From Octopus sinensis (taxonomy: Eukaryota): a DNA stretch of 64,000 nucleotides. The DNA lies in assembly GCF_006345805.1 (NCBI RefSeq), contig NC_042998.1, forward strand, positions 104,966,001 through 105,030,000, in the 5' to 3' direction. Position numbers and translations under genes: made by a program. Below are positions 25,167-37,556 of the stretch, piece by piece. Every line of letters begins with the position of its first letter. The stretch's first letter is position 1. Under the pieces are notes generated by a model. That model had not been told where the DNA came from and made no database searches. It saw nothing but the letters and a program-made list of their open reading frames with translations.

Positions 25167-25441
25167 GTAACTGTAATATGTGAAAATTATTCAGTAGCCA
25201 TGATAAAACTCCAAGTTTCAGATGTCAGGGTGGAAATCCACACTGCCATCTCTTCAGTTTTTTTTTTTCCAATGGCTGGATAACTGAAGAGATGGCGGCA
25301 TGGATTTCCACCTCGACATCCGAAACTCAAAGTTTTATCATAGCTACCAAATAATTGTCACATATTATATTTACAGATAAATTCCTCTATTTACATAATA
25401 TTGAGGTCTCTTTCATTCTTTTGTTGTCTTACCATTTTTAT

Positions 25442-25445
<4 letters not shown>
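25161..25445 (+). mobile_element. (TA)n-embedded Penelope-like 3' end with inverted partial copy
   Basis: 25161-25259 is the reverse complement of about 25282-25379; (TA)n on both flanks. Confidence 0.75.
25279..25339 (+). ncRNA. Type I hammerhead ribozyme-like motif
   Basis: Helix I GATAA/TTATC, core CTGAAGA, imperfect helix II GATG...CATC(C), GAAA, helix III ACT/AGT, site GTT. Confidence 0.65.
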
Positions 25446-25479
<34 letters not shown>

Positions 25480-25483
<4 letters not shown>

Positions 25484-26170
25484 TCATCAGCAGCAGCAAC
25501 AGCATTGTCGTTTAACGTTCACTTTCCATGCTGGCATGGGTTGGATGGTTTGACTGAGGGCTGGTGAGCCAGAAGGCTGCAGCAAGCTCCAATCTGATCT
25601 GGCAAAGTTTCTACAGCTGGATGCCCTTCCTAATGCCAACCACTTCGAGAGTGTAGCGGGTGCTTTTTACATGCCACCAGCACAGGAACCCGTCAGGCAA
25701 CACTGGCAATGACCACACTTGAATGCTGCTTTTAACATGTCACTGGCACAGGTGCCAATCAGACGGTACTGGCATAGGCCGCAGTTACGGTCTCATTTGG
25801 CTTGTCAGGTCTTCTCAAGCACAGCATATCTCCAAAGGTCTCAGTCACTTGTCATCGCCTCTGTGAGGCCCAACATTCAAAGGTCATGCTTCACCACCTC
25901 ATTCCAGTCTTCCTGAGCCTACATCTTCCATAGGTTCCTTCTACTGCTAGGGTGTGACACTTTTTCACACAGCTGTCCCCCATTCATTTGCAACACATGA
26001 CCATACCAATGCAGTCGTCTCACTTGCACACCACATTTGATGCTTCTTAAGTTCAACTTTTCTCTTGGAGTGCTTACACTTTGTCATGTATGCACACTGA
26101 CATTACACATCCAGTGGAGCATACTGGCTTCATTCCTTGCAAACTTACGCAAGTCCTCAGCAGTCACAGC
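25480..26170 (-). mobile_element. RTE LINE 3' end (ORF2 C-terminus, 3' UTR, tail)
   Basis: Minus strand: RNEASMLHWMCNVSVHT...CGVQVRRLHWYGHVL...CVKKCH.LAVEGTYGR. Confidence 0.9.
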
Positions 26171-26209
26171 TCCTGTTTCTATATATATATCTATATATAT
26201 ATATATATA

Positions 26210-26641
26210 TACTCTTTTACTCTTTTAGTTGTTTCAGTCATTTGACTGTGGCCATACTGGAGCACCGCCTTTAGTCACGCAAATCGACCCCATAACTTAT
26301 TCTTTGTAAGCCTAGTACTTATTCTATCAGTATATTTTGCCGAACCACTATGTAACAGGGACGTAAACACACCAGCATCGGTTGTCAAGCAATGTTGGGG
26401 GGACAAACACAGACACACAAACATACACACACATACACACACACTCACACACACACACACACACACATACATATATACGATGGGCTTCTTTCAGTTTCCA
26501 TTTACCAAATCCACTCACAAGGCTTTGGTCGGCCCGAGGCTATAGTAGAAAACACTTGCCCAAGGTGCCATGCAGTGGGACTGAACCCAGAACCATGTGG
26601 TTGGTAAGCAAGTTACTTACCACACAGCTACTCCTGTGCCT
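26210..26641 (-). mobile_element. Full-length family-A SINE
   Basis: Head at 26641, internal (CA)n, gtaaaagag-type tail. Confidence 0.9.
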
Positions 26642-26890
26642 ATATATATAATTACAAATAAGAAAATGGAGAAACATATCAGCTTGAGGATAAATAAACC
26701 AATGTGTTATAACCAATTTTCTTATTAGTTATATAAATTAATGGTAAAATATTTCTTTACCTTCACCCATTTAATACAATAAGTAAGTTCATTGCATTGC
26801 AATTAAAAACACTTGTCTGTTAATAATTTGGGTATTATACCAACAGTATCCCTTAGTGGGTTGGATCCACAACCCCTAACTTACTTGGTG

Positions 26891-26959
<69 letters not shown>

Positions 26960-26979
26960 TATTAATATATGTTTAATGA

Positions 26980-27195
26980 TGCACTCAGAATACTCTGGTT
27001 AGTGTTAGGAAAGGTATCCAGCTGTAAAAGCCATGCCAAGGCAACAGACAATTGGAATGTTGTGCAGCTCTCCAGCTTGCCAACTCCTGTCAAACAGTTC
27101 AATTCATGCCAACAAGAAAAACAGATGTTAAATGATGATAATGGTTATGACGACAACGACGACAACGATGATGATGAGGATGACGATGATGATGC
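26980..27195 (+). mobile_element. Degenerate RTE 3' terminus
   Basis: gtgttaggaaaggtatccagctgtaaaa...gatgttaaatgatgat. Confidence 0.75.
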
Positions 27196-27894
27196 TGACA
27201 GAATACATGATTTTTATGATTCTTTTCAAATAACCCCAAACTTTTCTTCACTGATTTGTATAACACTTCAATATCTGACTGATGTTTTATTTGACAGCCA
27301 GTCTGCTTGAAAAAGGAAAGGATCCCCGGCATATTTTTGATCTTACCATCAAACTACAATCAGTAACATATGATGTTGGGCTTAATATTATGTCTGTTTA
27401 TAGTTGTTCTAGTATCTATCTCTAAGCTCCTCTTCCAGTGTGCTAATTAGGTTTCAGTTAAAGATATTTAAATACATCAATATTCTAAGTTTTAAAAAAT
27501 TATTGTTTTTAAAATTTTCCTCTAGTTCTTTGTTAAATACTTTGCACAGTGATGAAATAGCTTTTAATACCCTAGGAATATTAATGGCACATTATTTTTA
27601 TTACACTCATTCTTTTAAGTGGATTTAAAATTAATTTCCATTATCAAGTTTTGTTCTTTGAGCTTTGTTTCTTTTTTGTAAGTCTTTTACAACTCAAACT
27701 GCTTGTGGCAGATTATGAGATTTTTACAGTTCTTTTTGCTACCCTTTGGTAACTGATTTATACAAGACTTCATTTACACTTTGTTTGAGCACCAGTTTCT
27801 ATTCCCTCTTGATGAAGAATCCTGCTAATTTTTTGTGTTGCCAGAATAATTTCAGAAACGTATGCATAACAGGACCATTATTATGTTTGCTTAT

Positions 27895-28358
27895 AAGGTG
27901 GCAAGCTGGCAGAATTGTTAGCATGCAATATGAAATGCTTAAATTTTGTCTGTCTTTATGTTCTGATTTTAAATTCCACCAAGATCGATTTTTGCCATTT
28001 ATCCTTTCAAGATCAATGAAATAAATAACAGTGGAAGCACTGGGGTTGATATAATCAGCTAGCCCCCTCCCTTTAAATATTTCAGGCCTTCTACCTATGG
28101 CAGAATGGATTGATATATTTGCTTATATATTTTTTAAAATATATGAGTCTAAAGGTGTTGAGCTTTCAGAAACTTTAGCATGCTGGACGAAATGTTTATG
28201 GGTATTTCATCTGTCTTTACGCTCTGAGTTCAAATTCTGCCAAGGCCGACTTATCCTTTGCAGGTCGATAAATTAAATACCAGTTGTGTACTGGGATCGA
28301 TCTAATCGACTGGATCCCTCCCCCAAATTTCGGGTCTTGTGCATAGTGTTGAAAAGAA
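27895..28358 (+). mobile_element. Two family-B SINEs
   Basis: Copies at 27895-28110 and 28152-28358. Confidence 0.8.
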
Positions 28359-29204
28359 TATATATGAGTCTAAATTCTTATTTTAGTGTATTAATTAGAT
28401 GTGCGAATATATCAATAAATTGAATTTTTTTAAATTATGATTTTTTAAAAAAACTTCTCATCAAGTTCTTTGCTAAATCCTCCACACAATGAAATGTTTA
28501 CTACCACCCTAAGAAATTTTAACTCATTTTATTTTTTTCTATCATACTTGTTACAGTAAGTTGATTTTTTATTATCATATTTGTTATTGTAATCTGATTT
28601 TTTATTATCATTTATATTTCATTATAAATTTCTGTAATTTGTGTTCTTTTTGTAAAGACATCATTGTCATCCTTACCAAACAAGACTGCACCAAACTTTT
28701 TGGGGAAAAACTTTCAAATGTATTTGAACACTTTTGGTGTTCAAATGTAAAAGAGGCAAAACCTTTTCATACGTAGAATTCAGAATGCTAAACTTTAACT
28801 AGATTTGAACTCTCATCTTATGCTTTACATTGAACAATAAATAATTGCTCCTACCCAATAAAGAAAACAGAAGTAAACTATATTTAGTAATAGAAAAAAT
28901 GGAGGGAAGATGATTGAATATTATGTGGATGACAGGAAAATTTAGATCAGATCCTGAACAAGGAATCCAAAATACAGAAACGTTCATCCATTTTTCTGAC
29001 TATCAACATTCTTTGGTTGTTGATCAATAATGGACTTGGCTACAGTATAGTGAAATAATTCCACTGAACAGTAGATGATGGTTCCTTCATTATTATGCAA
29101 AACCTTACCAGTGTAAATGAACTTTCCAAGAGAATCACATAAATATCCACACATATAGTATATGACTAATAAGGGCAAGCCAGGCTCAGTCCTATTGTAT
29201 GACA

Positions 29205-29254
29205 CCTTGGGCAGCCTTAGGTAACCTTGGGTAGCCTTGGGCATCCTTAGGCAA
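29205..29254. repeat. Five copies of the decamer CCTTRGGYAN
   Basis: ccttgggcag ccttaggtaa ccttgggtag ccttgggcat ccttaggcaa. Confidence 0.9.
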
Positions 29255-29413
29255 ATGTGTACATTATATTGGTACCTACTTTCTATATAAATAAAGTGTG
29301 CATCATCTCTCTGATATGAGTTTCCGTTATACACATAGGCATATATACATCCTCATATGCACTAAGAACCATCCTTCTTCTCCTGCTATCCTTCAATCTT
29401 TCAACCAAACCAT

Positions 29414-29465
<52 letters not shown>

Positions 29466-29946
29466 CAAGAGAGAGAGAGAGAAGAGAGAGAGAGAGAAGA
29501 GAGAGAGAGAGACAGAGAGAGAGAGACAGAGAGAGAGAGAGACAGAGAGATAGAAATATATTTTCCATTAATTTCTGATATACATTCATATTCTATTAGT
29601 TCAATTAACTTCATCCTTGTTCCCTGCCTATCCACCTACATACTCACGCATGCATACACATACAAGCATATAAGCAGATGAACTCATCATCAACATTTAA
29701 CCACTATACAGATAAAAGATGGAGAAGGGGGAGAAAGAGGAGGGGAGAAAGAGGAGGGGAGAAAGAGGAGGGGAGAATGAGGAAGGGGAGAATGAGGAGA
29801 GGAGGAGGGGAGGAGGACGAAGTGGTGGTGGTGGAGGTGGAGGAGGAGGAAGAAATCAATTAATAAATATTGTTCAGCTAAAGATATTTTCCAGTACAAA
29901 GAAGGTCATTCCCCTTCTACACACATATACATGGCAATACATGCAT

Positions 29947-29979
<33 letters not shown>

Positions 29980-30305
29980 TACATACATACGGAAGTCTGC
30001 ATGCATATTCTGACACATAAATATATCTACAACAGAACAATAAGAGAAAATCTAATTTATACATATATATATATATATTCTTTTATTCTTTTATTTGTTT
30101 CAGTCATTTGACTGTGTCATGCTGGAGCACTGTCTTTAGTTGAACAAATCAACCCCAGGACTTATTCTTTGTAAGCTTAGTACTTATTCTATTGGTTCTT
30201 TTGCTAAACTGCTAAGTTACAGGGATGTAAATGCGCCAGCATTGGTTGTCAAGTGAAGTTGGGCAGATAAACATAGACACACAAACATATACACATACAT
30301 ACATG

Positions 30306-30339
<34 letters not shown>

Positions 30340-30810
30340 ACGGGAAGCTTTATGAAAATAGACAAAAGACGAAGGCAGGTTTACAGAAATAAACAAAAGA
30401 GGAAGGCAGGTGGAATACAAACAAACAATTGTATTAGTATGGCGCTCAGGAAATATAAATAAAACAAGTCTTTAACATTTCGAGCCTACGCTCTTCAACA
30501 GAAAGATACACAGAGAAAAAACACAGAAAGAAGGAGAGAAAAAAAATATATGCGTGCAGAGGCTAACGAATCAACATGGCGATCTGATTTCGGCCAGAAG
30601 TCAAAGATCAAACATGAGACGCAAGAGCGAAATTAGGGGAGATAATAGGGTTGAATGACCTCGCTCCAACATAGAGTGTGTGTGTGTGTATGAGAAGAGT
30701 GTGTGTGTGTGTATGAGAGAGTATTAGTGCGTATGAGAGGTCTGGACGTGTGTATGTATATATGATGTGATGTGTAAAGTCGTATGGTGTAGTGTAGAGA
30801 GAGGAGAAGA
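30340..30810 (-). mobile_element. Hammerhead-bearing Penelope-like 3' fragment inserted in (TA)n
   Basis: Homologous to 12905-13045; retains CpGs; (TA)n on both sides. Confidence 0.7.
30469..30506 (-). ncRNA. Minimal type I hammerhead-like motif
   Basis: Minus strand: TCTTT-CTGTTGA-A-GAGC-gtag-GCTC-GAAA-TGTT-AAAGA. Confidence 0.6.
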
Positions 30811-30835
30811 GGGAAGATATATATATATATATGAC

Positions 30836-30877
<42 letters not shown>

Positions 30878-31069
30878 GAAAGGCTTCTTTCAGTTTCTGT
30901 CTACCACATCCACTAACAAGGCTTTGGTTGGCCTGAGACTATAGTAGAAGACACTTGCTCAAGGTACCACGCAATGGGACAGAACCTAGAACCATGTGGC
31001 TGGTAAGCAAGCTACTTACCACACAGTCACTCCTGCACCTATATATATATATATATGTGTGTGCAGTAA

Positions 31070-31410
31070 AAATTTTTCTTCTTAACTACATGGTTCTGGG
31101 TTCAGTCCCACTGCATGGCATCTTGAGCAAGTGTCTTCTACTGATACCTTGGGCTGACCAAAGTCTTGTGAGTGGATTTGGTAGACAGAAACTGAAAGAA
31201 GCCCTTTCCATATATATAAGTGCTTGTGCCACATGAAAAGCACCCAGTACATTCTGCGGAGTGGTCAGCATTAGGAAGGTCGTCCAGTGGTAAAAACCAT
31301 GCTAGAACAGACAATGGAGCCTGGTGGGGCCCCTGATCAAACTGTCCAACTGATACCAACATGGAAAATGGATGTTAAATGATGATGATCATGATGATGA
31401 TGATGAGGAT
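31070..31410 (+). mobile_element. Partial family-A SINE followed by an RTE 3' terminus
   Basis: SINE head and CORE at 31070-31205; RTE terminus with (GAT)n at 31225-31410. Confidence 0.75.
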
Positions 31411-33929
31411 GTTAATTTTACTTTTCCTTGTTTCAGTCATTAAGATGGACATTAAAAGGCTAAACCATCTCCTGTTTCTTGAGAGTTTGAATGTCCCTCC
31501 ATCCACAACCACAGCTATATTGCCATGTAGCTCTTAGGTAATAATAAAAACTCCATTTTCATCTCCCTACAACACCCTGAACAAAACCCACTCTTGTGTC
31601 ATTGGATCAGCATGCAACCTTCCTACCATAAAGCTCAACAAGGACAACAACAACAGCAACAACAGAATTAGATACATTACCAGTGGCTTCCCTCTTGTAC
31701 TACAGCTATCACCACTCCTACCACCACCACCACCACTGCCATCGCCACCGCTAACACCGTCGTTACCTCTGCCACAACCACTGCCACCACCACTCTCACT
31801 ATTTGTACTATAACTGTAACCACAACTACAACAAAAGACAGCTTTTTACAGGGATATTGTTACCACCAAAAGCAACAGAAAACAACTGTGATAGTTATAT
31901 CATCACCACGACCACAACCACAGCCATCACCATTAACACCACTCTTATCAACACCACCACTAACGACAACAACAACAACAACTAACACTATTGTTACCAC
32001 CTCACAAGTCCAGTACAGGTTTGAACCAGAAAGGTATCCTCTATGTGGTCATTCATTTTGCTAGAAATAGCTGCCAAATCTAATTAAAATCCTACACTAC
32101 TGTCTTAACCCTCACATGACAATATTTCTAATGAATAGTCTCTTCTTTTGTGTTTTAATTAATTTACAATAAATAGGCATCTTCTGTGTTACGGGAACAT
32201 TGTGGTCTTAAAAAATCTTGCCAAAATATGGAACTCCACAGCATTAAACCTATCTTCCATCAATTACTATAGAAATCACTGAACACAGAAGTCAATAAGA
32301 AATATATTTTGTGCTTCTTAATTCCATTCTTTGGTAGTTCTTTTCAGTACAGAGATTACTAGAGTCAAGATTTTGGTGGGATTTAGAAATTGTCTGTAAT
32401 TTAATTATTAATTACCATTGTCATTTTGTTGTTGTTGTTTAACTCTATGCCACTTCTGGATGAGCAAACCAATAATCAAAGATATTCCAGTTGCAGTTAC
32501 CTCATACATCAGGATATTATCCAATGTGTTGTTTTCTAGAATGATTGGTGTGCAATTAGGAAATTTGGCTGCTATTTCTAACACATGAAATTATCCAAAA
32601 TCACATGTTCTGTCTTAAAAACATAAAATGGTGTGGTAAAATTAGGTAATGTAATCCCACATGGGACTACAAAAGATGGGATGGTCATGGTTGGAATGCT
32701 TTTGGTCATAACACTCTGCTGAACACTCTACAACACCATTATGCCTCAATGCAAGTTGAGTCAAGAAAGGATACTCTACAGGGTTCATTTGTCTTCCTTC
32801 CTCTTCACCCTCCTCCTCCTCATCATCATCATCATTATCATCATCATATTATGTTTGCTTTCCATGCTATTGTGCCCTGGATAAGTTGTTATGGTTCATG
32901 TTAGTTCTCATTTTATATTATTGTTCTTCAAGATGCAGATGGGACCATGTCTCATGTGTACAATGAATTTTGGGGACAGTTTCTTTATCTTGATGTTGTC
33001 TTTAATGTCAGCTATCACACAAGGTATACTAGCTGCAGCTGTAATGAGAACAAGGTATCTTTTTGAACCCGTGTTGTCTCTGATCATTTTGCCTTTGATC
33101 ACAGATACCATTGCCTCCACAATACAAGCAATAAAAAAAACCACAAATGGCAATGTTACCCATTACCATTATTATCATCCTCACCACATGTGCATGTGTC
33201 ACTGCAAATGAAATTATTAAAAATTTCACATTTTGCACTTGTAGTAAGTCTTTTTTCACTTACTGTACATAAAACAGCCTTCAATTTGATTTACAGTATG
33301 CATATTTATATGTACTCAGGGTGACAGAGAGAGAGAGAGTGTATGTGGGAAAAAGAGATTGGGAGAGAGTGTGTGTGAGAGAGAGAGAGAGAGTGGAAGA
33401 GAGAGAGAGGGTGGAAGAAAGAGAAAGTGAAAGATGTATATAATAGATTAATAACTAAGATTTTTTTATGTAACATTATCTTATATTGCGCTCAGGTAAA
33501 TATGACACTAAAATAGAAGGACAAGTTTATTAATGGAATTCAAAGCATACAAATATCTCTTATCTGATGACTATATTACCCGCTGTACCATACTGTGTTT
33601 ATAGTTCCTTTTTTTTCATCTTTAATGTAGCCATATAAATGTCTAACTGCTTTAAGTGAAATTTTAACCCCATCCAGCTCTGTCCTCCTCAGCTTCATTA
33701 GTAATTTGTCTGTCACTTAGCACCTTTCAGATTCAGGTTTCTTTCACTAATAACTTTATTCTGACTATTAACATCATCTTTGGAGATGAAACCTTTGGAT
33801 TCAGTATTTACATCTACTTTGCATTTCTGTCAGTTTAATCTCCAATTGTCTTCAGATGTTTTATTCCTGGATATTTGCATAGTATTTAACCGTTTTCCTA
33901 TTCCTTACCCATTTATTCCATTTTGATTT

Positions 33930-34390
33930 GTATCAGTGATTCAAAACCAAGATGCTAGGTAACCAATCAGGCACTATAACCAAACCACAATAGGCTCATG
34001 TGATTGGTCTATTTAGCAACCAAACTAGTATCAAGCCATGGTCTATTTAGCAACCAATCAGTGTCAAGCCTTGGCATGATTTAATCTTCTAGAATGTTCT
34101 TCTTGTACCCTATAGAAAATATGTTTTGGTGCCTGAACCCTTTGCAGAGCACTGAGAGTAGCTGACTTATTTATACATCTCTACTCTTGCCAGTCAGAAT
34201 GCTTTTGGCAGTTTAAGGAAATGTGCTTCAATTCTTGCCATCTGAGAGTTCCAGACAATTCCAGGTTTTATGACAGACTGAACATTCACACATCTCTCAA
34301 GTAACGTCATCAAACGTGACATGGTTTAGCTTCTCTTCCAGTCTGCAGTTATTGTAATTAACTGTGAATGGTCAAAACAGTTTGTGTTTA
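33930..34390 (+). mobile_element. LTR-like element related to 601-1164
   Basis: catgtgattgg...ccaatca...TTCtaGAAtgTTC (34087-34099)...tatagaaaa (34111); internal dimer of tggtctatttagcaaccaa. Boundaries approximate. Confidence 0.4.
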
Positions 34391-34394
34391 TGTG

Positions 34395-34781
34395 CAACTC
34401 TTTTACTCTTTTACTTGCTTCAGTCATTTGACTGTGGCCATGCTGGAGCACCGCCTTTAGTTGAGCAAATTGACCCCAGGACTTATTCTTTGTAAGCCTA
34501 GTACTTATTCTATCAGTCTCTTTTGCTGAACTGCTAAGTTACAGGGATGTAAACACACCAGCATTGGTTGTCAAACGATGTTGGGAGGACAAACACAGAC
34601 ATGCACACACACACACACACATATATATATACATATACATATATTCGACGGGCTTCTTTCAGTTTCTGTCTACAAATCTACTCACAAGGCTTTGGTCAGC
34701 TCAAGGTGCCACACAGTGGACTGAACCTGGAACCATGTGGTTGGTAAACAAGCTACTTACCACACAGCTACTCCTGTGCCT
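34395..34781 (-). mobile_element. Family-A SINE
   Basis: Family motifs with a small internal deletion. Confidence 0.9.
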
Positions 34782-35749
34782 AATGAATATTGCAGTTAAA
34801 CGTCCATAGGTTTTGCTTCAGTTATTCATGCAGCCAACAAAATACATCTCCATTTACCAAATCAATAATTACAACTCCTTAAACCCACAATAGATTAAAA
34901 TATCCTGAAATTATTGCAACTCAGGCCTTTAAAGAAGGGCTACTTCAAGAATATTTTCTTTTGCCCCCTATTATAAGAGTAAAATTTTTAACTGCTTACG
35001 CACAAAAGCTTTATCATATGTGGAGAAACAAGCATGCCTCTATTTTATGCCAGAATATGCAAAATAGTTAAAATTCTAATAAACTATTCAGCATTTATCT
35101 TATAATAAAAGCATTTGAATTTCCAGGAAATTGACAGGATACATAATATAAATAAACCATTTTCATCTGCAAGTTCATGAAAGAAAACCTTTTGTTTTTA
35201 CTTTTTCTCTTTTTACATCAAGTAAATTTAAATAACGACCTGTGTATCAGGGATTTGTCCAAGAGAAAAGGGAGTCTCTTTTAGCTGCATTTCAACCATG
35301 TTTAGCATGTAACCCTGGCATTTATTAATAAGTGAAACATCAATTATTCAACATGCAAGATATTAAATTTACAAAACCAATTTTTTGTTCAAAAGACATT
35401 CCACAACAATAATGTCTTTCTGTAGTAAGTATAGATTCTTCATCTTAGTACATAAAAGTTAATGTCTCTAAATAATGAAAAAAACATGAAATAACTGAAG
35501 AAATACAATTAGAAGGCCCACTTTATAAATACTTACAAAATTTCCCTGAACAACATATGAATGATACATTTAAAATGCAGTGAATGCCAATAGAGAATTC
35601 AAATGGTCACAGTGTTTTTTTATCCCTTCCACCAGACCTGACATATACTTATATACATATACATACACACATGCAGAAATTCTTTAAAGGAATATGTAAA
35701 GCATTTTTGTAAAGGACACTATATGTAGGTGTGACAGAGATAGAGGTTG

Positions 35750-35915
35750 AAGCTCTACACTCTTGGAGTAGTTGACATTAGGAAGAGCATCCAGCTGTAG
35801 AATCAGATCAGATTGGAGCCTGGTACAGCCTTCTAACTTGCCAGTCCTCAGTCAAATTCGTCCAACCCATGCCTGCATGGAAAGTGGATGTTAAACGATG
35901 ATGATGATGATGATG
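35750..35915 (+). mobile_element. RTE 3' terminus
   Basis: cattaggaagagcatccagctgtagaa...ggatgttaaacgatgatg. Confidence 0.8.
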
Positions 35916-36118
35916 TAAAATCAAAATAAAGGTGTCTTGGTTTTTCCCTCTATTGCATTTAAACTATTACTGACTGTTCAGAGACCCGACATATTGTTTC
36001 CATATTCATATTATGATTTTTGATTTAAAATAGCAATTTTCATTCACAGAAAATACACATTCCTCCTTATAAACATAATTCAAGCATAATTTCCTCTATT
36101 GATATACATACACATATA

Positions 36119-36390
36119 AAGGTGGCGAGCTGGCAGAAACGTTAGCCCACCAGGCATTGTTAGCCCCCTTTATGTTTAGCCCCTTGTGGGCAATAAAGAA
36201 ATAAGAAACGTTAGCTCGCCAGGCAAAATGCTTAGCAATATTTCATTATGTTCAAATTCCTCCAAGGTCGACTTTGCCTTTCATCCTTTTGGGGTCGATA
36301 AATTAAGTACAAGTTGTGTAATGGGGTCGATCTAATCAACTAGCCCTGCTTCCCCAAATTTTCGGGCCTTGTGCTTAGAGTAGACAAGAA
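36119..36390 (+). mobile_element. Family-B SINE with a nested variant-tail fragment
   Basis: agaaacgttagc.c.ccaggca is duplicated at about 36135-36156 and 36204-36225, around tatgtttagccccttgtgggcaataaagaaata. Confidence 0.8.
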
Positions 36391-36517
36391 TATACATACA
36401 CATGTAGATAAATAATTTTAATAACAGCAGAGAGCACATTTGATTGTAATTTTTTCCCAGCACTACTTAAAGATATATGTTCTCTCTCTCTTTCTCTTTC
36501 TTTCTATCTCTCTCTTT

Positions 36518-36566
<49 letters not shown>

Positions 36567-37143
36567 AACCAATTTCCTTCTATAGAAGTGGTTGCTCAGA
36601 AAGGAAGAGTGAGTACATAATTTTCATTATCGATAAATTTAAATTCAAAAAGTTATCAGTAAAAACCATATAACCTATGTGGCTTTTCTCTTCAAAAGAT
36701 GTGCCCTGAAGCAAACTTTCTTCTATCTAGGTGCAAAACTGTATCCCATGAATTTGAAGAACTTACTTTAACTCTTATTTACCAAGAATATATATGCATG
36801 CAGTAAAAAATAAATGTTTGCAAGACTATAAAAACAATGAACATTGATGGAAGAAAAACGTCATCAATTTTTTAACAAATCAAAATCAGATCCGCTCACA
36901 GAAAAAATTTATATATACATCTTTCCCTAAAACATACCATTACAAGCGGGAGCGACTGTTTAAAGATCTGAGAAACTGTAATTTCCCCCCTTTTTTACTA
37001 TTTCAATTTTCACAGTCTTTTTTTTTTTTTTCGGTATGACTTGTCGACCACCACTGAAATTAATGAACCTTGTACATTCTAACAAATTGATATACAGTTT
37101 TAATTTCAAACTTACACCTTCTATTTTGAACATGTTAATTTAT

Positions 37144-37275
37144 CAACATTGAAACATTTTAATTTAACAACATTGAAACATTTTAATTTAACAATATTGA
37201 AACATTTTAATTTAACAACATTGAAACATTTCAGTTTGTCAACATTGAAACATTTTGATTTGTCAACATTGAAAC
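37144..37275. repeat. 24-bp minisatellite, about 5.5 units
   Basis: caacattgaaacattttaatttaa repeated. Confidence 0.95.
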
Positions 37276-37430
37276 TTATAACGATGTTTTTCTAATTTTA
37301 CACTTTTACCATTGATAAACAAAAAATATTGTTGAAACTAGTTTGGTATATATGTAAATAAATGTATTTTAAACATTTACGAGTTTTTGAAATTTAAGTG
37401 CATTTTCAGCAACACATTTTCCTATATATA

Positions 37431-37505
<75 letters not shown>

Positions 37506-37506
<1 letters not shown>

Positions 37507-37556
37507 CAAAACTGTCCGATGAACGGCAACGGGAAACTCAGAGTAACAGGTTTTGT
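37506..37556 (+). ncRNA. Minimal type I hammerhead ribozyme-like motif in an 80-bp (TA)n-embedded element
   Basis: gcaaaa-CTGT-CCGATGA-a-CG-gcaa-CG-g-GAAA-CTC-a-GAG-TA-ACAG-g-ttttgt: helix I closes, GNRA-capped helix II, GTA site. Confidence 0.7.

Larger units (their letters stand above)
30075..31040 (-). mobile_element. Family-A SINE split by an insertion in its internal microsatellite
   Basis: 3' half at 30075-30290 and 5' half at 30875-31040. Confidence 0.85.

Noticed and set aside
30875-31205. Inverted repeat
   Set aside because: Two diverged family-A SINE copies head to head, without shared private changes or flanks.
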